This document shows positions 8,885-18,044 of a stretch of 31,477 nucleotides of DNA, one piece after another. The stretch is from assembly GCA_038821645.1 (NCBI GenBank), contig JAWBDT010000018.1:1-31477 (forward strand), in the 5' to 3' direction. The position numbers were made by a program, and so were the translations under genes. Source of the stretch: Ignisphaera sp. (GTDB lineage Archaea > Thermoproteota > Thermoprotei_A > Sulfolobales > Ignisphaeraceae). The notes beneath the pieces are model-generated. The model was given only the letters and a program-made list of their open reading frames with translations, had not been told where the DNA came from and did not search any database. Each line of letters begins with the position of its first letter. Position 1 is the first letter of the stretch.

Positions 8885-9295
8885 ATGGGAAGCGAAATTG
8901 ATAGAGATACTGTAGTAAAACGCTCAGTAGAATTAATGCGTAGTGGAGCTACACTATTAGCTGAAGTATGTCCTCTATGTAGGTCACCTCTATTTAGGCT
9001 TCGTAGCGGTGAAATTGTGTGCCCTATACATGGAAGAGTTATGGTAGTTAAAACAGAAGAAGAGGTGGCAGAAGCTGGTGTGATAGGTGTTTTAACTGAA
9101 TTAGAGAAAAAAATATCAAATCTATTAATTAATCGTGTTAAGAATATTAGTGAAGATGATGCTTCATATGATGATGCTCGTGATATTGTGATGTGGCTTG
9201 AAGCAATTGAAAGAATTGAAAGAATTAAACAGATGCTTAAACAAGTGCCTGAACAACGTAAGAGAAAAGCCGAGGAAAAACATGAAGAACAATAA
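8885..9295 (+). CDS. UPF0148 / Sjogren's syndrome-scleroderma autoantigen 1 family Zn-ribbon protein
   Basis: ELMRSGATLLAEVCPLCRSPLF...GEIVCPIHG, followed by a helical C-terminus. Confidence 0.85.
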   Translation: MGSEIDRDTVVKRSVELMRSGATLLAEVCPLCRSPLFRLRSGEIVCPIHGRVMVVKTEEEVAEAGVIGVLTELEKKISNLLINRVKNISEDDASYDDARDIVMWLEAIERIERIKQMLKQVPEQRKRKAEEKHEEQ

Positions 9296-9455
9296 TATAC
9301 ATTACTGTGTATTAGACAATAGACCATGAAATAAGATGCAAGAGTTCACACTAAATAATAGTGTGTAGATTTTTATGATTGCATTAACATCAACTAATAA
9401 AATACGTGAAGCATATTTATATTCTAGTAGTTAGATTTGACTTCAAAGGATTATA

Positions 9456-11171
9456 GTGATTAGTATGAAGAACGGTATCTTGGTTGGACTCTTTATAGGA
9501 CTTTTGTTGGGATTCATTGATAGTTATACTTATGCTATTTCGGGCTATACAACATCAGAAATATCTTTAATTATTGTACCTTTTTTAGTGATGACTATAT
9601 TCAAGGTCGTTAAGGTTAGGTACAATAACTATGATCTAATCACAGCTATAGCTCTAGCTTTCGGTATCTGTATGGCAACTACACTATCATCCGGGATGTA
9701 TATAACATTTGGTTTTCTAAAACATATATCGAGTAGATTGAGGCCTTACGGAATGGATATAGATGTACCCGAATATATATATAGTGGCTCTTTTCCAGAT
9801 CTCACAGCATTACCTACATATGTAGCTTTAGCTCTTATATCATTTGGTGGAGCATTGATAGCTTTTGCGTTCAGGAATCATTTCATAGAGAAAGAGAAAC
9901 TCAAATACCCAATCGGATTGGCTTCAGCGATTCTGATTAAGCTTTTGCAGAAGAGTTTGATATCTGTTAAGATTGTTGTTACATTTATTCTCCTAGGTTT
10001 TTCATTACAGTTTATAGCTATGAGAATGAACACAATGTTAGATCTTACACCTATAGTCTCGGCAGTAGCTCCTGGCGCTGTTTTAGCGTTATCGTTCTGG
10101 CCTATACTTATTGGTCTTCTAGTCTTAATCCCTCTATATCCATTAAAGAGTATTTCTATAGGCTCTGTTTCTACATATCTACTTTTAATTCCTTTATCTA
10201 TAGCTCTATTCGGCATAAAAACGGTACCTGCTATAAGCTATGAAGAAGCTCTCTATAACTATTCACCAATATCTATAGGATTGAACATAGGTGTAGTGCT
10301 AATAGTCACATTATTTTACCTCATTACCTATAGTACAACTCTCTACATGAGCCTGACTATGATCCTGAAAATGAGGATGGAAAGAACAGCATTTATCTTA
10401 GGTATTATGATGATCTTGATGATGATGTATCTCGTTTTAGTAATTGGTGGTACCTCTACTATTCTTATACATATAATTCCTCTGATCTTCATCCATGTTA
10501 TTTTAACCTTAGCTAATCTTCGGGTTGTAGGTGAAACAGGTACTGGATCACAAGCGCTTTTACCTCTCGTAACTTTCTACATGTATTTCTTTGGTTTTAG
10601 AGACGTTAGGGTATATGCTACTATAGATCCATATACAGGTATACCTATGCCTCAGGTAATAGGCGGTGCCTCAATGAATCTTCTAAGACTTGCTAGGCTC
10701 TTTAAGTATAGTGTTGTAAAGTCTTTGCTGTATTTTGGTATAGGTATGCTTGTGGGAAGTTTTGCAACCTATATCTATGGTAATATACTGACACATGTAT
10801 ATGGATTTGAGTCAGAGTATATGCCTTTGACGAGATGGGTGCCTTGTGTAATATGGATGGCATCTATATATAGCGGAAAACTAGGGTCAACTTCCGTATC
10901 TGTAATTGTTCTAGGTATTTTTATAGGTTTATTGATTATTATTGGGGGGCTTAGGAGGGTTCTTTCACCTTTTGGATTTATTGTGGGTATGACTATGCCT
11001 CCAGATATCGGAGTACTTTCGCTAATTGTTTATGCAATAAAAATATTGATGGTGAGGCTAGGTGTAGAGGTTCATGAAAAGATGATAATATCTGCTATAT
11101 TATTCCTATTAGGATGTGGAATAGCTGTAATTTTTAACACTATTCTGTATATAATAGTTGGTGTAGGTTAA
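9456..11171 (+). CDS. OPT/YSL-superfamily-like polytopic membrane transporter
   Basis: Many hydrophobic segments; FIEKEKLKYPIGLASA resembles the OPT L.FP.G.A.A motif; RVVGETG. Confidence 0.6.
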   Translation: MISMKNGILVGLFIGLLLGFIDSYTYAISGYTTSEISLIIVPFLVMTIFKVVKVRYNNYDLITAIALAFGICMATTLSSGMYITFGFLKHISSRLRPYGMDIDVPEYIYSGSFPDLTALPTYVALALISFGGALIAFAFRNHFIEKEKLKYPIGLASAILIKLLQKSLISVKIVVTFILLGFSLQFIAMRMNTMLDLTPIVSAVAPGAVLALSFWPILIGLLVLIPLYPLKSISIGSVSTYLLLIPLSIALFGIKTVPAISYEEALYNYSPISIGLNIGVVLIVTLFYLITYSTTLYMSLTMILKMRMERTAFILGIMMILMMMYLVLVIGGTSTILIHIIPLIFIHVILTLANLRVVGETGTGSQALLPLVTFYMYFFGFRDVRVYATIDPYTGIPMPQVIGGASMNLLRLARLFKYSVVKSLLYFGIGMLVGSFATYIYGNILTHVYGFESEYMPLTRWVPCVIWMASIYSGKLGSTSVSVIVLGIFIGLLIIIGGLRRVLSPFGFIVGMTMPPDIGVLSLIVYAIKILMVRLGVEVHEKMIISAILFLLGCGIAVIFNTILYIIVGVG

Positions 11172-11175
11172 AGAT

Positions 11176-12732
11176 ATGGACCAAAGTCTATTGGTACTCT
11201 TACCTCCTTTGATACTTTTTGCTGTATCTCTATTTGTTATTGCAAAGAAGTATCGAGGTTATGTTGAAGAAGATCACTTAGGAGAGATAAGACTTGTTTC
11301 TCCAGCGTTAAAGCTTGTTAAAAATATTGTTAAAAAATCTTTTATCTCAGTTGAAATGTTGTTGATATTCTTGACGTTATATGTTTCAGCATTCAATTCA
11401 TCGTATGCTACAACCTTCATTTTTTCTTCATATTCACTAGATATAAAGACCGACTTTAATCTATTAGCTGTATCTGATACAATAGTACCTACAGATATTC
11501 TTGATAAAATTGGACATAAGTACGTAACTGTGATTCAAGTTTTTACACCACTACAAATTGATGAAAAAAATTTTTACGTACTTCTAATTAGATGCAGCAT
11601 CGATTACTATAGCAATTCAAATAATAGGCTCTTTACAATACTTTTAGATTATTGCGCAAATGAAGATGCAGTATTAATTGACAGAAATTCTGGTATATCA
11701 GAGAAATCTGTTGCTAAGCTTCTGGGTAACAATATCACTATTACTAAGGTTGACATGACTCCTTTGATTAATGTAGAGCTTATACCAGGTGTATACGTAG
11801 TTCACAGCATAGGGACTATAGGTGGTTTGAGCCTCAAGATTGAGGATCCAGAAAAACTTATAATAATACCTTTTACAAGGATTACTATTGAGAACATATG
11901 CTCAAGATATTGTAGTTCAAAAACCGTTATTATAGGTTTTGATGATTACAACGTCTATAGAGACATTTTTGATGAGCTTGTCGCTAGATTCAACTATGTA
12001 GTTCTTAAAGAACCTACTCAGCCTGGGGTTAGGGTTTACAGTAGATCTTATGTTCCAACAGTTAAGTCAATTATAAGCCTAGTTATATCATTTGTGATAT
12101 CAGTAATAATGGTATATACCGTTAGTGGAGGTTTGGTAGAAAAATTAATTGATATGGGTCACACTCTTTTTATTGAGGGAATTACAAAAGAGCTCTTCAT
12201 AGCCATAGCAACTCTAGGTATATTGTTGACTGTAATGTCTATGTTTTTACCTATATTAATACTATCTTCTTTAGGAATGCTGAAGACCTTGGCTATAGTC
12301 ACTTACCTTATCTCATCTATAACATCCACATATATTATAACATCACAACTCTCCAGCAGGATAGGAAAATACAAACCACAAAACATTTCTAGCACCTTTA
12401 GCTATATTGTTGATAGATATGTACCAAATAATGTTCTAGTAGAATGTTTTAAATCTTTCTTGATTAACGATGATTTCTTTAATATAGATGAAATAGAAAG
12501 TGTAGTTGAAGAAAGCTACTATATGATCAGGATAGAGTTGATATATAGGAGGGCGCTAACTACAGTATCATCAGTAGAGATATATGTTGAGAGAATAGAT
12601 CATGGAGTAAAGTATACAGTTATTGTCGATGTATGGAGCCTTGAGGATCTCACTAACAGAACCTTATCGTCAATTCAACGTTTGGCACTCTCTAAAGTTG
12701 TAGGTGGTGTTATTAGTTGTATAGAGAGTTAG
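11176..12732 (+). CDS. Membrane protein, possibly FtsX/MacB-like ABC permease
   Basis: N-terminal TM segments, ~220 aa soluble domain, three further TMs and a C-terminal soluble domain; same operon as a LolD-type ATPase. Confidence 0.45.
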   Translation: MDQSLLVLLPPLILFAVSLFVIAKKYRGYVEEDHLGEIRLVSPALKLVKNIVKKSFISVEMLLIFLTLYVSAFNSSYATTFIFSSYSLDIKTDFNLLAVSDTIVPTDILDKIGHKYVTVIQVFTPLQIDEKNFYVLLIRCSIDYYSNSNNRLFTILLDYCANEDAVLIDRNSGISEKSVAKLLGNNITITKVDMTPLINVELIPGVYVVHSIGTIGGLSLKIEDPEKLIIIPFTRITIENICSRYCSSKTVIIGFDDYNVYRDIFDELVARFNYVVLKEPTQPGVRVYSRSYVPTVKSIISLVISFVISVIMVYTVSGGLVEKLIDMGHTLFIEGITKELFIAIATLGILLTVMSMFLPILILSSLGMLKTLAIVTYLISSITSTYIITSQLSSRIGKYKPQNISSTFSYIVDRYVPNNVLVECFKSFLINDDFFNIDEIESVVEESYYMIRIELIYRRALTTVSSVEIYVERIDHGVKYTVIVDVWSLEDLTNRTLSSIQRLALSKVVGGVISCIES

Positions 12733-13124
12733 CTTTTAAATCAATAAAACTCTCATTAATTGGACGAGGAAGTATTTATACTATATTCTTTAGTATCGCA
12801 TCATTAATGTATCTTTTAGTTTATAGTACTCTTGAGATATTTACATCAATGGTTATATTATCTATAATAATGATTTTGGCCTCTTATCTAGCTGATAAAA
12901 AGAGCGTTAAACAGTTTGTAACTACATTAATTCTATCAGGTGCAAAGAGCATTGTTGTAATCTTCTGTTTGTGTGTTTATCTATTTGTGCGTATAATCAT
13001 TATCTTGATTTTGTATTCTCTATTTATAACCAGTTTTACTCTTACATATGCAATTATGGTTTTGGTACATCTAGTAAATATGATCTTAGTAGCCGAAGTT
13101 GTATGCAAGGTGATTAGAAGATGA
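12717..13124 (+). CDS. Small ~4-TM membrane protein (putative permease component)
   Basis: Very hydrophobic; overlaps both neighbouring genes; GGTGGTG upstream of the TTG start. Confidence 0.55.
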   Translation: MYRELAFKSIKLSLIGRGSIYTIFFSIASLMYLLVYSTLEIFTSMVILSIIMILASYLADKKSVKQFVTTLILSGAKSIVVIFCLCVYLFVRIIIILILYSLFITSFTLTYAIMVLVHLVNMILVAEVVCKVIRR

Positions 13125-13804
13125 AACGTATCGTTGTTATAGCAAAAAATGTATGGAAATACTATACAATTGAAGGTAGAAATATTGCTGTATTGAAGAA
13201 CATTAATATCTATGTTTATAGAGGAGAAATAGTTTGTATACATGGTCCTAGCGGTGCCGGTAAAACTACGCTTCTCAAAATTCTTGCTGGTCTAGAAAGG
13301 CCTGATCAAGGAGAGGTAATAGTGGATGGCTATAATTTATCCATGTTAGATGAAGATGGTTTAGCAGCACTTAGATCTAATGTAATTGGCTATATTCCTC
13401 AAGACTATGGTCTTATAGATGAGTTTAATGTGTACGAAAATATGGAGATCCCATTGATGATAGCAGGTTTGAGTGAATACGAGAGACGATCCAGAATATC
13501 GAGCTTATTAGAGTACATGGGTTTAAAGGGAAAAGAGAACATTAAGGTTAAACTTCTTAGTGGTGGAGAGAAACAAAGAGTGGCAATAGCTAGAGCTCTA
13601 ACAATTGCTCCCTCTCTTCTTTTGGCTGATGAACCTACAGCTAATCTTGATTGGGATAATGCTAAGAGAGTTCTTGAATTAATGAATAGAATAAGCAAAG
13701 ATTTTGAAACATCTATAATAATAGTATCACATGATCCAAGGGTGCTTGATTTTGCTACACGAAAGTACATATTATATGATGGTGTTCTAAGTGAACTTAA
13801 ATAA
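13121..13804 (+). CDS. ABC transporter ATP-binding protein, LolD/MacB family
   Basis: GPSGAGKTT, Q-loop IPQ, LSGGEKQRVAIARAL, LLLADEPTANLD, VSHD. Confidence 0.93.
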   Translation: MKRIVVIAKNVWKYYTIEGRNIAVLKNINIYVYRGEIVCIHGPSGAGKTTLLKILAGLERPDQGEVIVDGYNLSMLDEDGLAALRSNVIGYIPQDYGLIDEFNVYENMEIPLMIAGLSEYERRSRISSLLEYMGLKGKENIKVKLLSGGEKQRVAIARALTIAPSLLLADEPTANLDWDNAKRVLELMNRISKDFETSIIIVSHDPRVLDFATRKYILYDGVLSELK

Positions 13805-13826
13805 AACATAATTATTGCTACATGAT

Positions 13827-14546
13827 TCAGACTCTATTGAATCTATCATCTAGACATAAATCGGGATACAGGTTCTTGAGAATCTGTGTGACCTCCTCGA
13901 GATCCTTAACAGTATCTATAGATTTCCAGAATACATCTCTATATATATAGCCTTTTAGAAGTCTCCTACTTGCAAGTAATGGAAATGTAGTTCTTTCGAT
14001 ATCCCCTTTTACTGGTAAATAATCTAGTATTTGTGATTTCATGAAGTATACTCCAGCATTTATCGTATGTTCTATTACAGGTTTTTCTACAAATTCCACT
14101 ACATAATCTTCCTCAACCTTAACTATACCGTATGGACTCCTCATATAAACTAATGCAATAACAGCTAAAGAATTATCTTCAAGTTTTTTAGACATTTCAA
14201 GAGGATTTAGATCTGTTACTACATCACCATTAACTATAATGAAGACATCTTCATTTTTGAGAATTGGTTCAGCATTCTTAATAGCACCACCAGTACCCAA
14301 GGGCTCGTCCTCAACTACATAACTTATACTAACATCGAATTTTTTACCACTTCCAAAATACTCTATTACTTTCTCTTTTGCATACCCTAGGAGAAACACA
14401 TACTCAGTAATACCATATCTCTTTAGCCACAGAATCTGCCATTCAGCTAACGGTCTTCCACATATTTCCACCATGGATTTGGGTCTATCATCAGTTAAAG
14501 GTCTCAACCTCTTGCCGAAACCACCAGCAAGAATTACTGCCTTCAT
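13827..14546 (-). CDS. Sugar-1-phosphate nucleotidyltransferase (mannose-1-P guanylyltransferase-like)
   Basis: MKAVILAGGFGKRLRPLT..RPK, EPLGTGGAI, NGDV, FVEKP, INAGVY. GGTGA lies 5 nt before this ATG. Confidence 0.9.
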   Translation of the reverse strand: MKAVILAGGFGKRLRPLTDDRPKSMVEICGRPLAEWQILWLKRYGITEYVFLLGYAKEKVIEYFGSGKKFDVSISYVVEDEPLGTGGAIKNAEPILKNEDVFIIVNGDVVTDLNPLEMSKKLEDNSLAVIALVYMRSPYGIVKVEEDYVVEFVEKPVIEHTINAGVYFMKSQILDYLPVKGDIERTTFPLLASRRLLKGYIYRDVFWKSIDTVKDLEEVTQILKNLYPDLCLDDRFNRV

Positions 14547-14591
14547 TAAACTCACCATATAAACCTATTATATGGCAACTATTTAAGTATT

Positions 14592-14649
14592 CATAGATGA
14601 GCTAACGCTGGGTTAACTGATGAATGATGAATTCACGGACCGGGTGATC
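14592..14649 (+). ncRNA. Candidate box C/D sRNA
   Basis: C-like TAGATGA (14594-14600), guide, D' CTGA (14617-20), C' ATGATGA (14624-30), guide ATTCACGGACCGG, D-like GTGA (14644-47). GC-rich guides in an AT-rich gap; terminal boxes are degenerate. Confidence 0.6.
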
Positions 14650-14653
14650 TGTG

Positions 14654-14932
14654 ATGGAGTTAAAGAGCCTGTGTGTTATTTGTGGTAAACATGTTTCAAA
14701 TGAAGAAATTGTCAAATGTTCTGTATGTGGAGCCTCTATGCATAAATCATGTGCAAGAGATGAATCGCTATTAGATTCAGAAGAAAACTACCTATGTCCT
14801 TATGATGCTATGTTAGCAGCATTAGATTGGTTTGATGCTATAGTAACGACATACGTATCTACATTAGATGAGAATCAAAAGAATGATATTTTAAGTAGAT
14901 TGAAAGCATATGTAGAACTGTTGACCAAATAG
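14654..14932 (+). CDS. Small Zn-finger protein with PHD/RING-like Cys/His spacing
   Basis: CxxC-x11-CxxC-x4-HxxC-x14-CxxD plus a C-terminal helical hairpin. GGTGA lies 6 nt before the ATG. Confidence 0.7.
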   Translation: MELKSLCVICGKHVSNEEIVKCSVCGASMHKSCARDESLLDSEENYLCPYDAMLAALDWFDAIVTTYVSTLDENQKNDILSRLKAYVELLTK

Positions 14933-14958
14933 GTAAAGAAGATATGTAGATTATGAAG

Positions 14959-16032
14959 TTATCTATAGCTTTTCCATATACCTAGTTCACTAAATATGTA
15001 GTTGACTGGAAATCCTATAACGATGCCTATTGTTTGAGAAATTATGGGGTTTAGAGCCAGTCCGTACTTAATCGATATAGCTGATACATATTGTGCAACT
15101 ACTCCAGGCAATACTGCTAGATGAAACAATGAGATCCTTTTCATCATTGAGCCTGTTCTTCTATCCCTAAATGTCCATGTTTCATGTAGAAAGAAATTCC
15201 ATAAGGTACTCACCTCTATGGCTATAATGCTTCCTAATACGAATAGTTGTTCAACAACTACACGAACAATTAGGCTCAAGAACCATAGAGTGGCTAGGTT
15301 TATAACTATACCACTAAGACCAACAATACCAAATTTAACTGGTCTCCAATTAGATAGCCTCAACACATGTATAAGGAAATTGACTACAGTCTTTATACCT
15401 AATTTACTTTTTCCATAGACACGAGCTCTAAAGATGTAAGGTACTTCAATAATATTTTTAGGATAACATCTCTCCAAAATTTCCAGAAGTATCTTGAAGC
15501 CCATGGGATTTAGCTTACCTCTGTTTCTATCAATAATATCTTTTTTAACCATGAAGAACCCTGACATAGGGTCTGATAAGGTTCGAACACTTGGAAGCAG
15601 TAGTCTAGCTATTAAGGTCGCGCCTTTCGATATCACTAACCTTGACTTAGACCATCCTTTAACACCTCCTCCACGTATATATCTGGAGGCTATAACAAGA
15701 TCATAATACTCCTCTTTTACCTTTCTGATCATGTCATTTATAACTTCGGGAGGATGTTGTAGATCTGCATCCATAACAACTACATACTCTGTCAATGAGA
15801 AAATAATACCGTCAATAACAGCAGAAGATAAGCCTTTCATATTGATTCTTCTAATGACTACGTCATTATTTTTCAGATGTTCTAGTGCTGTAGCCCAAGT
15901 ACCATCAGGACTATTATCATCAACTATAACTATATCGTAGTATGTCAATACTATCTTTTCTCTTATCTCTTTCACAAGTATATCTATGTTTTCTCTTTCA
16001 TTGAATGTCGGTATGACTATCGATAACGACAT
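14959..16032 (-). CDS. Dolichol-phosphate mannosyltransferase-like GT2 fused to a GtrA domain
   Basis: SIVIPTFNERENI, VDDNSPDGT, MDADLQHPP, SDPMSGFF, GFKILLE; C-terminal KFGIVG...NFFLHETWTF GtrA segment. Confidence 0.9.
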   Translation of the reverse strand: MSLSIVIPTFNERENIDILVKEIREKIVLTYYDIVIVDDNSPDGTWATALEHLKNNDVVIRRINMKGLSSAVIDGIIFSLTEYVVVMDADLQHPPEVINDMIRKVKEEYYDLVIASRYIRGGGVKGWSKSRLVISKGATLIARLLLPSVRTLSDPMSGFFMVKKDIIDRNRGKLNPMGFKILLEILERCYPKNIIEVPYIFRARVYGKSKLGIKTVVNFLIHVLRLSNWRPVKFGIVGLSGIVINLATLWFLSLIVRVVVEQLFVLGSIIAIEVSTLWNFFLHETWTFRDRRTGSMMKRISLFHLAVLPGVVAQYVSAISIKYGLALNPIISQTIGIVIGFPVNYIFSELGIWKSYR

Positions 16033-16194
16033 CGTCCCGATCACCGTCGGGAATAAGTTGTCTACATCAATATCTACCTAACCACTTCTAGAAATTTGTA
16101 TATGTTTCCCTAAAATTGAATTATTGTATATTAGATATCTCTAGGTAATTAATTACATTACTAAGAATATTTATGTGATGCCTACATAAAATAA

Positions 16195-16962
16195 GTGTAC
16201 TGTAGGATCTTGAAGTATGTTTTATCTAGCATGTTTCAGGTGAAATATGTGACTAGAGAATGTCTATGGAATAAAGATACGGTGAAAAAACTCATATTCA
16301 ATCTATCTAACATCTATACTATAAATCCTAATGAATTTGTTGTAAATATTGCTATGAAGTCTAATCAAAATACAGAATTGAACTACTTTGAGATATTGAT
16401 AACGATAGTACTAAGTCAAAATACAAGTGATAGAAATGCTATAAGAGCATTTAATGCTTTAAAGAATATGGTTAAAGAAGTGACCCCTAAAAACATACTC
16501 GCAATAGATGATGAGAGTCTGAAAAACGCTATAAGGGTAGCAGGTTTAGCTAATAGGAAAAGTAACGTCCTAAAAAAGTTAGCTTATATCATGAGTTCTA
16601 AGCCTGAATTTTTTAGAGAAATTGCTCTTCTTGATGTCGAGGAAGCGAGAAAGAAGCTTCTGGAATTACCCGGCATAGGCTTTAAAACGGCAGATGTATT
16701 TTTGCTCTTGGTATTAAAGAAGCCTACATTTCCAATTGACACACACATAAATAGAGTCGTGAGAAGATTGGGTATAGCGGATCCTGGAGATGGATACGAG
16801 GATATCAGACTAAAGATAGTTAAGCTCCTAGAAAGTGACATTGATAGTTTATCAAAATTACATATGTTGTTAATTATACATGGAAGACGGGTGTGTACTT
16901 CAAGAAATCCTAAATGTTCATTATGTACAGTATCAGAACTGTGTTGTAAAATAATACAATGA
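16195..16962 (+). CDS. nth: Endonuclease III (HhH-GPD glycosylase/AP lyase with 4Fe-4S cluster); true start probably downstream
   Basis: VLSQNTSD, LLELPGIGFKTADV (catalytic Lys), FPIDTH (Asp), C-x6-C-x2-C-x5-C cluster motif. Confidence 0.9.
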   Translation: MYCRILKYVLSSMFQVKYVTRECLWNKDTVKKLIFNLSNIYTINPNEFVVNIAMKSNQNTELNYFEILITIVLSQNTSDRNAIRAFNALKNMVKEVTPKNILAIDDESLKNAIRVAGLANRKSNVLKKLAYIMSSKPEFFREIALLDVEEARKKLLELPGIGFKTADVFLLLVLKKPTFPIDTHINRVVRRLGIADPGDGYEDIRLKIVKLLESDIDSLSKLHMLLIIHGRRVCTSRNPKCSLCTVSELCCKIIQ

Positions 16963-16980
16963 TTTATAGCTACATTACTT

Positions 16981-17033
16981 AATCAGTCATACCGGGTACA
17001 TCATCTGTTCAGCGCTCAGCTAACTCTTCATCC
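16981..17033 (-). ncRNA. Box C/D methylation guide sRNA
   Basis: Minus strand reads ATGAAGA-gttagctgagcg-CTGA-acag-ATGATGT-acccggtatga-CTGA; canonical box order, 11-12 nt guides, intergenic. Confidence 0.8.
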
Positions 17034-17254
17034 TAAAAACTACTTAATAATATCACTAACACATATAGTTTTTTAGAACCTTAATATAATGATATAGTAA
17101 TCTATGTATTGTCTCCTTATCTCCAAATAGGTCTTAGATCTCTTACTAAGCTAATGTACTGTTATCTAGTTAGAGTCTTTATTGTAATTAATCAATGCTT
17201 ATGGTTACTAGTGTTTAGACTGAAGCTTATTTTAATTTTAATGTTTAGCTCTAT

Positions 17255-17722
17255 CTAAACGATATATACGTAAACTTTATAGGTCTTGTTATTTACGTCA
17301 ATAGCTAGAATTGCTGCAGAGTTCAAATGTTCTATACCGTAATCTAAAGCTATTATTATTGTTCCTGGTTTAACTTCACTCAACATTTTATGCTTTATTC
17401 TTTCAATTGATTTAGATGTTAGGTATAGGTATATTACTGATGCTCGAGATAGATCAACATTAATTATATCATCGTTAACAAATTCTATCCTATCGCTAAC
17501 ACCCATCTCAACAGCATTCCTTTTAGCAATTTCAATAAGCTTAGTATCTATTTCCACACATACTGCATTAGCCCCACGTCTAGCAGCCTCTATTACTATT
17601 CTACCATCACCACAACCAAGATCATAGACAATATCACCATAGCTTACTGAAGCTATATCCATAACGTAGTCCACTACTTCTTTTGGAGTAGGTACCCAAG
17701 GAGAATCTATACTACCATACAA
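17255..17722 (-). CDS. aKMT-type (DOT1/FAM173-like) SAM-dependent protein lysine methyltransferase
   Basis: PWVPTPKEVV, DIVYDLGCGDGRIVI, VEID, DLS.ASVIYLYL, E.KPGT.II, VYVY; matches the crenarchaeal aKMT pattern. Confidence 0.75.
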   Translation of the reverse strand: MYGSIDSPWVPTPKEVVDYVMDIASVSYGDIVYDLGCGDGRIVIEAARRGANAVCVEIDTKLIEIAKRNAVEMGVSDRIEFVNDDIINVDLSRASVIYLYLTSKSIERIKHKMLSEVKPGTIIIALDYGIEHLNSAAILAIDVNNKTYKVYVYIV

Positions 17723-18044
17723 TACACCTAAGTTTTCCCAAAAATAAGCCAGTTCGTTAATGTCATGAGTCTCTAGATTCGTGTATAACCACCTCTACAC
17801 ATTAAGAGGAGATACAAATTTAAATTATGACTAGCTCTATATCCACCTAGGTATTCGTTAATAAGCTTGATTAAACGTTTGGACTAACACCTAATACTTC
17901 ATAATACTTCATCATATACTTATCTAAAGTTATCTACATACCCATAACATAAACTTGGGTGAATCAAATAACTTTCTATATAGGAACTAATAAAATCATT
18001 ATAAATTTATATCTAACTTAGTTTCTAAAGCCTGGTGCATCTAA

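Noticed and set aside
17723-17795. Possible ACG start (17782) 6 nt after GAGGTGG, extending the methyltransferase by 20 aa
   Set aside because: aKMT-type proteins generally begin a few residues before the VPTP motif, which fits TTG 17722; the extension is not needed, though not excluded.
17892-17915. Tandem TAATACTTCA x2 plus a C-box-like ATGATGA on the minus strand
   Set aside because: Only two AT-rich copies, no spacers and no D boxes; neither CRISPR nor sRNA.
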